Positions 1-6,870 of a stretch of DNA of 32,000 bases are shown piece after piece. The position numbers and the translations under genes are program-made. The stretch lies in contig NC_011979.1 in NCBI RefSeq assembly GCF_000022265.1, positions 150,001 through 182,000 of the forward strand. The letters are read 5' to 3'. The notes beneath the pieces were generated by a model. The model made no database searches. It had not been told where the DNA came from and was given only the letters and a program-made list of their open reading frames with translations. The stretch's first letter is position 1, and each line of letters starts with the position of its first letter. The stretch comes from Geotalea daltonii FRC-32. GTDB lineage: Bacteria > Desulfobacterota > Desulfuromonadia > Geobacterales > Geobacteraceae.

Positions 1-1173
1 GCTGATCGCCAGATAGAAATTGCCTGATTTGCTGATGCTCATGCCGCCCAGGTATAGGCCCGCCGCACCGCCGAAGGTGCCGAAGCCGAACCACCAGCCG
101 ATCATCCTGCCGACAATGCCGGGGGGATAGTTCATGGCGATGAATGCGCTGATCGATGGGCCCATGAAGGGGATGCCCCAGCCGACAACGAGAAGGCAGA
201 GTGCCAGGACTGTGATGCTTTTGGAGACCGCCGGCAGGAGAATGACGATGACGCAGGCGGAGATGAGAAAACCGATGATCGCGGCCAGTCGCGAATTTCC
301 CTTGGCCACCTTGTCGAAAAAAAGACCGCCGAAAATGGTGGCGAACAGCCCGATGATGGTGACGGCAATGGAGAGCTTGCCGGACATGGCAGCCCCGAGG
401 CCGAGTCCCATCGGGGCATCGGCCGCCAGGTAAGGAGGAACAAGGTTGTAAAGACCGTACATCGCCCAGGCGTTGCAGAAGACGATCAGGGACCCCAGCC
501 AGGTAATGGGGCAGGCAAGGGCATCCATAAAACTCATTGAGGTGGGAGGGGTGTCGGAGGAGGAAATGGCTTCTTCAGTGCTGATTTGTGGAGGATTTTT
601 CCGGGTGGCAATGATAGCGAGAAGGATTGCCGCCCAGCCGGGAATTCCCAGGGTGAAGATCGTTTTTTCCCAGCTTCCTGTCATTCCGAGAACCGCTGGA
701 GATGCAAAAACACCGATTGCACAGCCCAGGGAGATTGAGCCGATCAGCAGGCCGCTGGCCATTCCGTGTTCCCTGGGATGAAACCAGAGGGCAAGAATAG
801 GCCCGATGGTGGCGAAGACAAATCCAACCGATGCCCCTTGAACAAGCCGGGCCATCATCACCGCCGCATAATTGCCGCCTATCCATGGAATGATTGCCGT
901 CGGCAGGGTTGAGCACAAAAGACCAAGGACAAGGGCTGTCGTGATGCCGAATTTGTCGCAGACAACCCCGCCCCAAATGAGAACGCAGGCCACGGATAAG
1001 ACAAAACCCATCATGAGATTGGTGGCGGCGCCCATTTCAATAGTGAGTTTTTTTGCAATCTCTCCCAGTATTGGGGCATAGGCAATCATGTCCATGTAAA
1101 TCGTGCAGATGGCCAGGCATCCCGCCAACAACACAAGCCATCTATAACTGGAATGCTTTTCGACAATTCCCAT
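1..1173 (-). CDS. MFS-family transporter, first 391 codons (C-terminus lies beyond the left window edge)
   Basis: Absent from the ORF track because it is open-ended. I checked every minus-strand codon in the frame ending at nt 1 and found no stop from 1 to 1176. ATG at 1171-1173, GAGGTG RBS at 1178-1183, in-frame upstream stop at 1177-1179. The translation MGIVEKHSSYRWLVLLAGCLAICTIYMDMIAYAPILGEIAKKL...GGVVCDKFGITTA... is a run of hydrophobic helices with an MFS motif-A-like loop. Confidence 0.8.
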   Translation of the reverse strand, partial: MGIVEKHSSYRWLVLLAGCLAICTIYMDMIAYAPILGEIAKKLTIEMGAATNLMMGFVLSVACVLIWGGVVCDKFGITTALVLGLLCSTLPTAIIPWIGGNYAAVMMARLVQGASVGFVFATIGPILALWFHPREHGMASGLLIGSISLGCAIGVFASPAVLGMTGSWEKTIFTLGIPGWAAILLAIIATRKNPPQISTEEAISSSDTPPTSMSFMDALACPITWLGSLIVFCNAWAMYGLYNLVPPYLAADAPMGLGLGAAMSGKLSIAVTIIGLFATIFGGLFFDKVAKGNSRLAAIIGFLISACVIVILLPAVSKSITVLALCLLVVGWGIPFMGPSISAFIAMNYPPGIVGRMIGWWFGFGTFGGAAGLYLGGMSISKSGNFYLAIS

Positions 1174-1283
1174 GCTTCACCTCGGTTTGTTGATTGTTTT
1201 GCAAAGTTCCATTTAATTTATTAAAACATCGTTCTTTTAATTTTGTCGATTTGATCAAACCTTTGCGAGTTTGTTGTTATAAA

Positions 1284-1299
1284 AGCACGGCATATGCCA
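1284..1299 (-). promoter_or_regulatory. sigma54 (-24/-12) promoter for the MFS gene
   Basis: The minus strand reads TGGCATATGCCGTGCT. GG and GC sit at the spacing of the consensus TGGCAC-N5-TTGCW. It lies about 110 nt upstream of the MFS ATG, faces away from the XylR-type activator gene, and is nearly identical to the element at 19644-19659. Confidence 0.65.
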
Positions 1300-1463
1300 A
1301 AACAGTGTTGTATTATTTGTGACAATGTGGCAACCAGCTGAAAATATTAAGTTTACTTGTCTAAAAGAGGAAAAATGGGAGGCAGGTGGGCTCTGGCAAA
1401 TGGAGGGCGGACTAAAGAATTTTTGATCATTTGGTGAATTATGCTGATGAGGGGGGAATGTTT

Positions 1464-1481
1464 TTTTACCAATTGGTAAAA
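1464..1481. promoter_or_regulatory. 18-bp perfect palindrome, candidate activator binding site (UAS)
   Basis: TTTTACCAATTGGTAAAA is its own reverse complement. A third TGGTAAA half-site lies at 1497-1503. The centre is about 170 bp upstream of the -24 element, a typical bEBP UAS distance. Confidence 0.45.
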
Positions 1482-1534
1482 CCGGGCTGGTTCCCATGGT
1501 AAACCGTTGCCGTGGCCTCGTGAATTTTTCTCCC

Positions 1535-1563
1535 TTGCAAGGAGATAGTTGGCAATGTAATAT
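1535..1563 (+). promoter_or_regulatory. sigma70-type promoter of activator 1 (TTGCAA-17 nt-TAATAT)
   Basis: -35 TTGCAA at 1535-1540, a 17-nt spacer, -10 TAATAT at 1558-1563. The same architecture (TTGCAT-17-TATTAT) is conserved upstream of the paralogous activator at 20028-20056. Confidence 0.5.
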
Positions 1564-1690
1564 AACAATGTTACTTTAAATATAGCAGCCGTCCTTGACA
1601 AAAAACGGGCTAATGTGCCGGCCTGCGGTGCTGTCGGTCTTCTGCCAGGACCTTTTCCGATAATAAAAAAACATAGTTATAGGATGAGCT

Positions 1691-3448
1691 ATGTACAAGC
1701 AAAGCGGCAAAACCAGAACTGTCAGCGACACTAATACCGGCGACCTGCGTGCGCGTTTGCGTTTTTGTGCCGAAACCGGCCAGATTTGGCTGCATGAACA
1801 TCGCATGCTTCTCGTTCATGCTGAAGCCCAGGCCTCGCTGCGGCGGGAATTGATCGATACACTCGGCATGGACCGGGCGCGGGGGCTTTTGACTCGCATG
1901 GGCTATGCGGCAGGGATGCGTGACTTTGAACTGGCCCGTACACGTCCCGGGAGCGACGGCGATGTGGAAGCATTCATGGCTGGTCCGGAACTGCACATGC
2001 TGGAGGGAATCGCCCGTTCCACCATCATCTCGCTGGAATACGACCGCAATGCCGGGAGTTTTTATGCCGACATCATCTGGGAATATTCTTGGGAAAGTGA
2101 ATGGCACAGGCACTACTATGGAAACTACTCCGAGCCGGTCTGCTGGAGCCAGGTCGGCTATGCCTGTGCCTATGCTTCTGCCTTCATGGGGCACCCGATC
2201 CTTTACAAGGAGGTGGAGTGTTCCGGCATGGGGGAGAGCCATTGCCGCATCATCGGCAAACCGCTGGAGGAGTGGGATGATGCCTCAGAATACAGCCGCT
2301 TCTTCGTAAAGGAATCCATCGCCGAACAGCTCATCGACCTGCAGACCCAGGTGGTGCAACTACGCTCGGCAATAGGGGAAAAAGAAAAAATCCCCTCTGA
2401 TATCATCGGCAACTCTCCCGCCTTCCGAGCTGCCTATGATTTGTGCCAACAGGCCGCTGCTACGCAGATTACCGTGCTGCTCCTGGGGGAGACAGGGTCG
2501 GGAAAAGAAGTATTCGCCCGCGCTCTGCACAACAGGGGAGCCCGGCGTAACGAGTCCTTCATTGCCATCAACTGCGCTGCTATTCCCCAGGACCTGGTGG
2601 AGTCGGAATTGTTCGGCGTGGAGAAGGGTGCCTATACCGGCGCACTGACGGCCCGTCCCGGCCGTTTTGAACGGGCCCATGAGGGGACCCTCTTCCTCGA
2701 CGAAATCGGCGATTTGCCCCTCTCGGCACAGGCAAAACTCCTGCGTGTCCTGCAGGAAGGGGAAATAGAGCGGCTGGGTGACGACAAGGTGCGGAAGATC
2801 GACGTGCGGCTGGTGGCGGCTACCAACGTTGACCTGAAGCAGATGGTCAAGGAAGGGAAATTCCGCTCAGATCTATACTACCGGCTCAATGCCTTCCAGA
2901 TAGAAATCCCGCCTTTGCGCAAACGAAAGGAGGATATCCCCATCATTGCCAATCGCTACCTGGAAAAATATTCAGCCGTTCATGGGAAGAAGATCAACGG
3001 CTTCACCGACAAGGCCATGCGGGCGCTGTTGGCCTATCCATGGCCGGGCAACATCCGGGAACTTATGAATATGGTCGAGCGGGGGGTGATCCTGGCCCCT
3101 AACGGCAGCCGAATCGAGCTGGAACAGATGTTCTCGGGGAGCGCCGATAGTCCAGGCCCGGAGTTCGGGCTCAACAGCAACGGCAGTCTCGGTATGAACC
3201 AGACAGAAAGCGAAACGAATCTCCAGGATGAGGTCTTGAACGGCAGCATGACGTTGGACCAGGCCGAAGCCGCACTGATTGAAGCAGCCGTGAAGAAAGC
3301 AAACGGCAACCTTTCCGCCGCCGCCCGGGTGCTCGGTGTGACCAGGCCGCAACTGGCCTATCGTCTAAAGCGCCTGAATGGCACTGAATCACAACCTTCA
3401 GGCGTTACCCTCTCATCATCCGACGAATTGGCGGCAGGTAATCTGTAA
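1691..3448 (+). CDS. XylR/DmpR-type sigma54-dependent transcriptional activator (aromatic-effector sensing N-domain + V4R, AAA+, HTH)
   Basis: 585-aa ORF. N-terminal XylR_N/V4R-like blocks ([38 protein letters not shown]). AAA+ core with Walker A GETGSGKE, a GAYTGA loop and [10 protein letters not shown]-terminal HTH NLSAAARVLGVTRPQLAYRLKRL. AGGA RBS at 1681-1684. Confidence 0.9.
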   Translation: MYKQSGKTRTVSDTNTGDLRARLRFCAETGQIWLHEHRMLLVHAEAQASLRRELIDTLGMDRARGLLTRMGYAAGMRDFELARTRPGSDGDVEAFMAGPELHMLEGIARSTIISLEYDRNAGSFYADIIWEYSWESEWHRHYYGNYSEPVCWSQVGYACAYASAFMGHPILYKEVECSGMGESHCRIIGKPLEEWDDASEYSRFFVKESIAEQLIDLQTQVVQLRSAIGEKEKIPSDIIGNSPAFRAAYDLCQQAAATQITVLLLGETGSGKEVFARALHNRGARRNESFIAINCAAIPQDLVESELFGVEKGAYTGALTARPGRFERAHEGTLFLDEIGDLPLSAQAKLLRVLQEGEIERLGDDKVRKIDVRLVAATNVDLKQMVKEGKFRSDLYYRLNAFQIEIPPLRKRKEDIPIIANRYLEKYSAVHGKKINGFTDKAMRALLAYPWPGNIRELMNMVERGVILAPNGSRIELEQMFSGSADSPGPEFGLNSNGSLGMNQTESETNLQDEVLNGSMTLDQAEAALIEAAVKKANGNLSAAARVLGVTRPQLAYRLKRLNGTESQPSGVTLSSSDELAAGNL

Positions 3449-3951
3449 TGAAAGACACTCTGGGCATGGGGGTACAACGGTACCTGCGGGACCATCACGT
3501 TGCAAACCTGTCCACCTGTGGCCATGACGGCCCTTGGGGGGCAGCGATCTTCTATGCGAACGACGGCTATACTCTTTACTTTCTGTCATCGCCCACCAGC
3601 CGGCATTGTCTCGATCTGACGGACAATCCATGCGTTGCCGTGACTATCCAGGAGAACCAGGTGGATTGGCTGGCAATCAAAGGGGTGCAGATCCAGGGGA
3701 TAGCCAGCAAGATTTCCGGTGCGGAAGAAGAAAAAGCCCGCAGCCTCTACGGAGAGAAATTTCCCCTGGTCGGTTTGCTGGCAAAGGCTCCGGCAGCCAT
3801 TGTTCAGGCCATGGCCAAGGTGAGCTGGTACAAGGTCGTTCCCCACCGCCTTTATTTTATCGACAATTCTCTTGGACTGGGCCACCGGGACGAACTTGCC
3901 TTAGGTCTTCCGGATGGCGGGGGGAAATCCGGAGGCAATGATGGTGCTTGA
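3448..3951 (+). CDS. pyridoxamine-5'-phosphate-oxidase-like FMN-binding split-barrel protein
   Basis: 167-aa ORF. Its ATG overlaps the activator stop (TAATG at 3446-3450). Family-like blocks: HVANLSTCGHDGPWGAAIFYANDGYTLYFLSSPTSRHCLDLTDNPCVAVTI and KVSWYKVVPHRLYFIDN. Confidence 0.7.
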   Translation: MKDTLGMGVQRYLRDHHVANLSTCGHDGPWGAAIFYANDGYTLYFLSSPTSRHCLDLTDNPCVAVTIQENQVDWLAIKGVQIQGIASKISGAEEEKARSLYGEKFPLVGLLAKAPAAIVQAMAKVSWYKVVPHRLYFIDNSLGLGHRDELALGLPDGGGKSGGNDGA

Positions 3952-4981
3952 AGGACGCCTGGCCGACGGACTGGGGCGGGGTGCGGCGTTTACCAAGCTC
4001 GACTGGGTGCGTTGCCGGCTCATGGATACCGTCGGCATCGATCCCTTTCCCGGGACTCTCAATCTGACCCTTGATGATGACAGTAATCTGGCTCGCTGGC
4101 GACAGTGGCAGGATATGCCTGGCCATTCCCTGGAGCCGCCCGATACCGGCTTTTGCCGGGCACGCTGCTATCCGGTGCAGGTGATGGGGCATATCCCTGC
4201 CGCAGTGCTGTTGCCCGAAGTTGCAGACTATCCACGCAACAAGGTGGAACTGGTTGCAGCGCTGCCGATCCGCAGGCATCTTGCCCTGGCCCCGGCAGCG
4301 CAGCTCAGTGTGGAGTTGTGCCGCCCCCTTGCCGTTAAAGCGGTATTATTCGATCTGGACGGCACACTGGTCGATTCGGTCGAGGCATATATCCAGGTGG
4401 CGCAGGTTGCGGCCGCACCCTTCGGCCTCCAGGTGACGGAGGAGCAGGTGCGAACGGCGCTGGCCAACGGCAGCAGCTTCTGGCGAGGCGCCGTGCCCAA
4501 GGACCGGAGTGATGTGGATGCGGTCGTCAAAGCCATAGCCGCCCAGGCTTACCGGGAGTGGCCGCGAATCCTTCAGGAACATAGCAGGCTGTTTGAAGGG
4601 ATCATGCAGACCCTCGATGCGCTGAGGAGCCTAGGGATCAAGCTCGGCATCGTCAGCGGCGCGCGACAGGAAGTACTGGAACTGCTAAGGCCGGATAGGA
4701 TCCTGGATCGGTTCGACGCAGTGGTGCTCGGCCCTGATGTGCCCACGAGAAAGCCTGATCCCGAAGGCATCCTGAAATGCCTCGGGATGCTCAATGTCAC
4801 ACCTGCTGCCGCCCTGTACGTGGGAGATGCGCCGATAGACATCATGGCAAGCCGTGCAGCCGGCGTCTATGCCGTGGGTGTACTAACCGGGGCAGGCGAC
4901 AGCGCCTCCCTATCGTCCCAATACCCGGACCGCCTGATCTCCTCCCATATGAATCTGCCCGCCATAGTAGAAGCCGCCTGA
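3938..4981 (+). CDS. fusion protein: archaeal-type (CTP-dependent, DUF120/RibK) riboflavin kinase domain + HAD-superfamily phosphatase domain
   Basis: The ORF is open from 3914; the ATG at 3938 follows GGAGG (3931-3935) and overlaps the upstream stop (3949-3951). N-domain: EGRLADGLGRGAAF...PFPGTLNLTLD, recalled as matching M. jannaschii RibK EGEVVSGLGEGRYF...PYEGTLNLKLD. C-domain HAD motifs: VLFDLDGTLVDS, GIVSGA, K...YVGDAPIDI. Confidence 0.75.
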   Translation: MMVLEGRLADGLGRGAAFTKLDWVRCRLMDTVGIDPFPGTLNLTLDDDSNLARWRQWQDMPGHSLEPPDTGFCRARCYPVQVMGHIPAAVLLPEVADYPRNKVELVAALPIRRHLALAPAAQLSVELCRPLAVKAVLFDLDGTLVDSVEAYIQVAQVAAAPFGLQVTEEQVRTALANGSSFWRGAVPKDRSDVDAVVKAIAAQAYREWPRILQEHSRLFEGIMQTLDALRSLGIKLGIVSGARQEVLELLRPDRILDRFDAVVLGPDVPTRKPDPEGILKCLGMLNVTPAAALYVGDAPIDIMASRAAGVYAVGVLTGAGDSASLSSQYPDRLISSHMNLPAIVEAA

Positions 4982-5156
4982 GCGAAAATAAGGTCCGAGA
5001 GAAGTAGCTCCCGCAACAAGTCCCGCCATGTAATAGCGCCCAAATAACTGCAGTAAACCAGCGAAAGGGGATTGTTTCTGCACTTACAATGCACGGGTCG
5101 CCTCACAAGCCATGCAGATAGTGGATAATAACAGCTCAAGCCGTATAATCACCTGC

Positions 5157-5377
5157 ATGGAGGCAGCTCTGCATTTTCTGCTTAACGAAGAAGAGGCTCT
5201 CGAAATAGTGGAACGGCAGATTGACTGCATTGAGGATGAAAGGTCTGCGATGAGGCAGCTTTGAGCGAGGTAGATCGCAACCTGTTATGGCAAAATCAAG
5301 TATTGAATCTGTTTGCCTTCGAGGGCTTGGAAGGTGGTCCTTTTGAAGGGTCGGCACGCAGGTACGGCCAGGGATGA
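5157..5377 (+). pseudogene. possible frameshifted C-terminal remnant of a HipA-like toxin gene
   Basis: Two short abutting frames: MEAALHFLLNEEEALEIVERQIDCIEDERSAMRQL* (stop at 5262-5264), then, in the frame starting at 5255 (overlapping the last codons of frame 1), AALSEVDRNLLWQNQVLNLFAFEG... (stop at 5375-5377). The pattern (..EA..IV..V....... LS...... L....AFE) resembles HipA-family C-termini from memory. There is no N-terminal part and no RBS. Confidence 0.25.
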
Positions 5378-5395
5378 GGAAAAGTGTCGATGCCT

Positions 5396-5416
5396 AAAAA
5401 AAGACCGTCTACGGCC
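5396..5416 (-). terminator. short hairpin + T7 run overlapping the stop of the YafK-like gene
   Basis: The minus strand reads GGCCG-TAGA-CGGTC (5 bp including one G-U pair) followed by TTTTTTT. Confidence 0.4.
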
Positions 5417-6380
5417 GTATCTCCACCACCGTACCGTTCGGCACTGCCTTGGCAATTTCCGCTATTTCTTCGTCGGTTACGGCAATGCATCCCTTGGTCC
5501 AGTCGGCCTTGGTGTGCAGATCGCCAACATAGGAGAAACCATTCTTGAGGCCGTGGATCATGATGTTTCCTCCCGGTGCAACACCCAGTTCTTTTGCCCG
5601 CCTTTTGTCCCGCTCATTTGGATAGGAAATATGGAGAGCGAGGTGATAACGGCTGTCCCTGTTTCTTGAATCGATGAAGTAGGTTCCTTCCGGGGTCTTG
5701 TTATCTCCCTGCCTTTCTTTCGGGCCGTCCGGATTTCCTCCCAGGGCTATCCGGTAGGTTTTGAGCACCTCGCCCTTGGAGAATAAGGTCAATCGCCGCT
5801 GTTTTTTTTCTATCAGAATCCTGTCTGCAGTCACCTTCTGAATCGTCAGGGCAGAGATCTTCTGCTCAAGCCCTTCGATCTTTTTCTGTAGCAGGGTAAT
5901 TTCATTCTCCTTATCTTTCACCTCCTGCCGGAGCGTTGCAGCCTCGTGCCGGAGTGTCTCGTTTTGTTTCTGCTGTGCCGCAATCGTCCCGTCCTTGAGA
6001 GTGACATTGTTGATATAAAACATCATCATCTCACTGTCCTGCCGGTAGCCACTGCCTGGGTAATCCCTTACGAGTTTCTGAAAACATTCAAGGGCTTTTT
6101 CATAATCTTTCTGCTCGTTCTGTGGATGCCCATGAATAACGCCCATCTCGAACAGAACCCTGTCCCCCATGGTGGGATATTGTTCCTTGATCTGTTTGTA
6201 CTTGGTGAGAGCGGTGTGGTAACTGCCCTGGCTGAATAATTTATTCGCTTCTTCGAAGGTCGGCCTGGCTTTATATTCTTCACTGAAATGACTGCAGCCG
6301 CAGATCAGGGCCATAATGACGCAGATGCAGCCATGGCATATCCTGTCCGATTTTGATTTGACACGCTCACCCGTTCGCAC
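5409..6380 (-). CDS. lipoprotein with TPR-like N-terminal region, coiled coil and YafK/DpaA-type L,D-transpeptidase (YkuD) domain
   Basis: The ORF track extends to 6512, but that extension crosses the upstream gene's stop and terminator. The GTG at 6378-6380 gives MRTGERVKSKSDRICHGCICVIMALICGCS (signal/lipobox-like). C-terminus: LKTYRIALGGNPDGPKERQGDNKTPEGTYFI...HISYPNERD...PGGNIMIHG...WTKGCIAVTDEE. Confidence 0.8.
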   Translation of the reverse strand: MRTGERVKSKSDRICHGCICVIMALICGCSHFSEEYKARPTFEEANKLFSQGSYHTALTKYKQIKEQYPTMGDRVLFEMGVIHGHPQNEQKDYEKALECFQKLVRDYPGSGYRQDSEMMMFYINNVTLKDGTIAAQQKQNETLRHEAATLRQEVKDKENEITLLQKKIEGLEQKISALTIQKVTADRILIEKKQRRLTLFSKGEVLKTYRIALGGNPDGPKERQGDNKTPEGTYFIDSRNRDSRYHLALHISYPNERDKRRAKELGVAPGGNIMIHGLKNGFSYVGDLHTKADWTKGCIAVTDEEIAEIAKAVPNGTVVEIRP

Positions 6381-6413
6381 GTCCAGACCCCTAGACCACC
6401 TTGTTAGATAAAG

Positions 6414-6443
6414 AATTGGCAGGGCTTTGCGACCCTGCCAATT
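6414..6443 (-). terminator. hairpin after the Lpp-like gene
   Basis: AATTGGCAGGG / CCCTGCCAATT gives an 11-bp perfect stem with an 8-nt loop, 16 nt past the stop. On the minus strand it is followed only by CTTTATCT, a short U run. Confidence 0.45.
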
Positions 6444-6459
6444 GCATGATCCGTAGACC

Positions 6460-6780
6460 TTACTTCCGCATTGATTTCTGGAAAATGGCTTCAGCTCTCG
6501 CCGCCTTTTCATCTGCGGCCTTTTCCCGTTCCGCAGCTGCCTTTTCCCTTTCCTCTGCCATCTTTACCGCATTTTCGACGCGGGCTGCGGCAGCATCGGC
6601 CTGCAGCTTGGCTGCATCGGCTGCCGCCTTGGCAGCTTGTGCATCTCGAATGGCCTGATCAGCTTTGGCACCGGTCAGCTGTTCCTGCGCCTGCACTTTC
6701 TCCAGTTCACCGGTTGTTGCACATCCCGTCAGCGCGGTAAAAGCAAGCCCTATTGCGATAACCAAAAGACCTTTCCTCAT
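6460..6780 (-). CDS. Braun-lipoprotein/OprI-like alanine-rich coiled-coil lipoprotein with C-terminal Arg-Lys
   Basis: The ATG at 6778-6780 follows AAGGAGGAG. Signal peptide MRKGLLVIAIGLAFTALTG|C (lipobox LTGC). The mature part is rich in A/K/E/Q (DAQAAKAAADAAKLQADAAAARVENAVKMAEEREKAAAEREKAADEKAARAE) and ends FQKSMRK. Confidence 0.8.
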   Translation of the reverse strand: MRKGLLVIAIGLAFTALTGCATTGELEKVQAQEQLTGAKADQAIRDAQAAKAAADAAKLQADAAAARVENAVKMAEEREKAAAEREKAADEKAARAEAIFQKSMRK

Positions 6781-6807
6781 TGCTAACTCCTCCTTTTTTG
6801 TTGAAAT

Positions 6808-6829
6808 TTCCCTCTGCAAAAAGAGGGAA
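6808..6829 (-). other. 8-bp hairpin in the leader of the Lpp-like gene
   Basis: TTCCCTCT-N6-AGAGGGAA lies between the LysM-LDT stop and the lpp-like RBS. No convincing U run follows. Confidence 0.3.
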
Positions 6830-6870
6830 CGCGTAAAGCTCGCATATCTCCCCACCTTGGGAAGGGGCGA

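Noticed and set aside
1248-1258. The minus strand reads TTGATCAAATC, matching (from memory) the XylR UAS consensus TTGANCAAATC
   Set aside because: It lies downstream of the -12 element, in the transcribed leader of the MFS gene, not at UAS distance. One 11-mer could be chance. I kept it only as a note beside the leader motif in the twin region.
1576-1806. Small minus-strand ORF MRCSCSQIWPVS..., with a similar [12 protein letters not shown]... ORF at 20147-20362
   Set aside because: The similarity simply reflects antisense reading of the conserved N-termini of the two paralogous activators. Both ORFs run into promoter DNA and lack RBSs.
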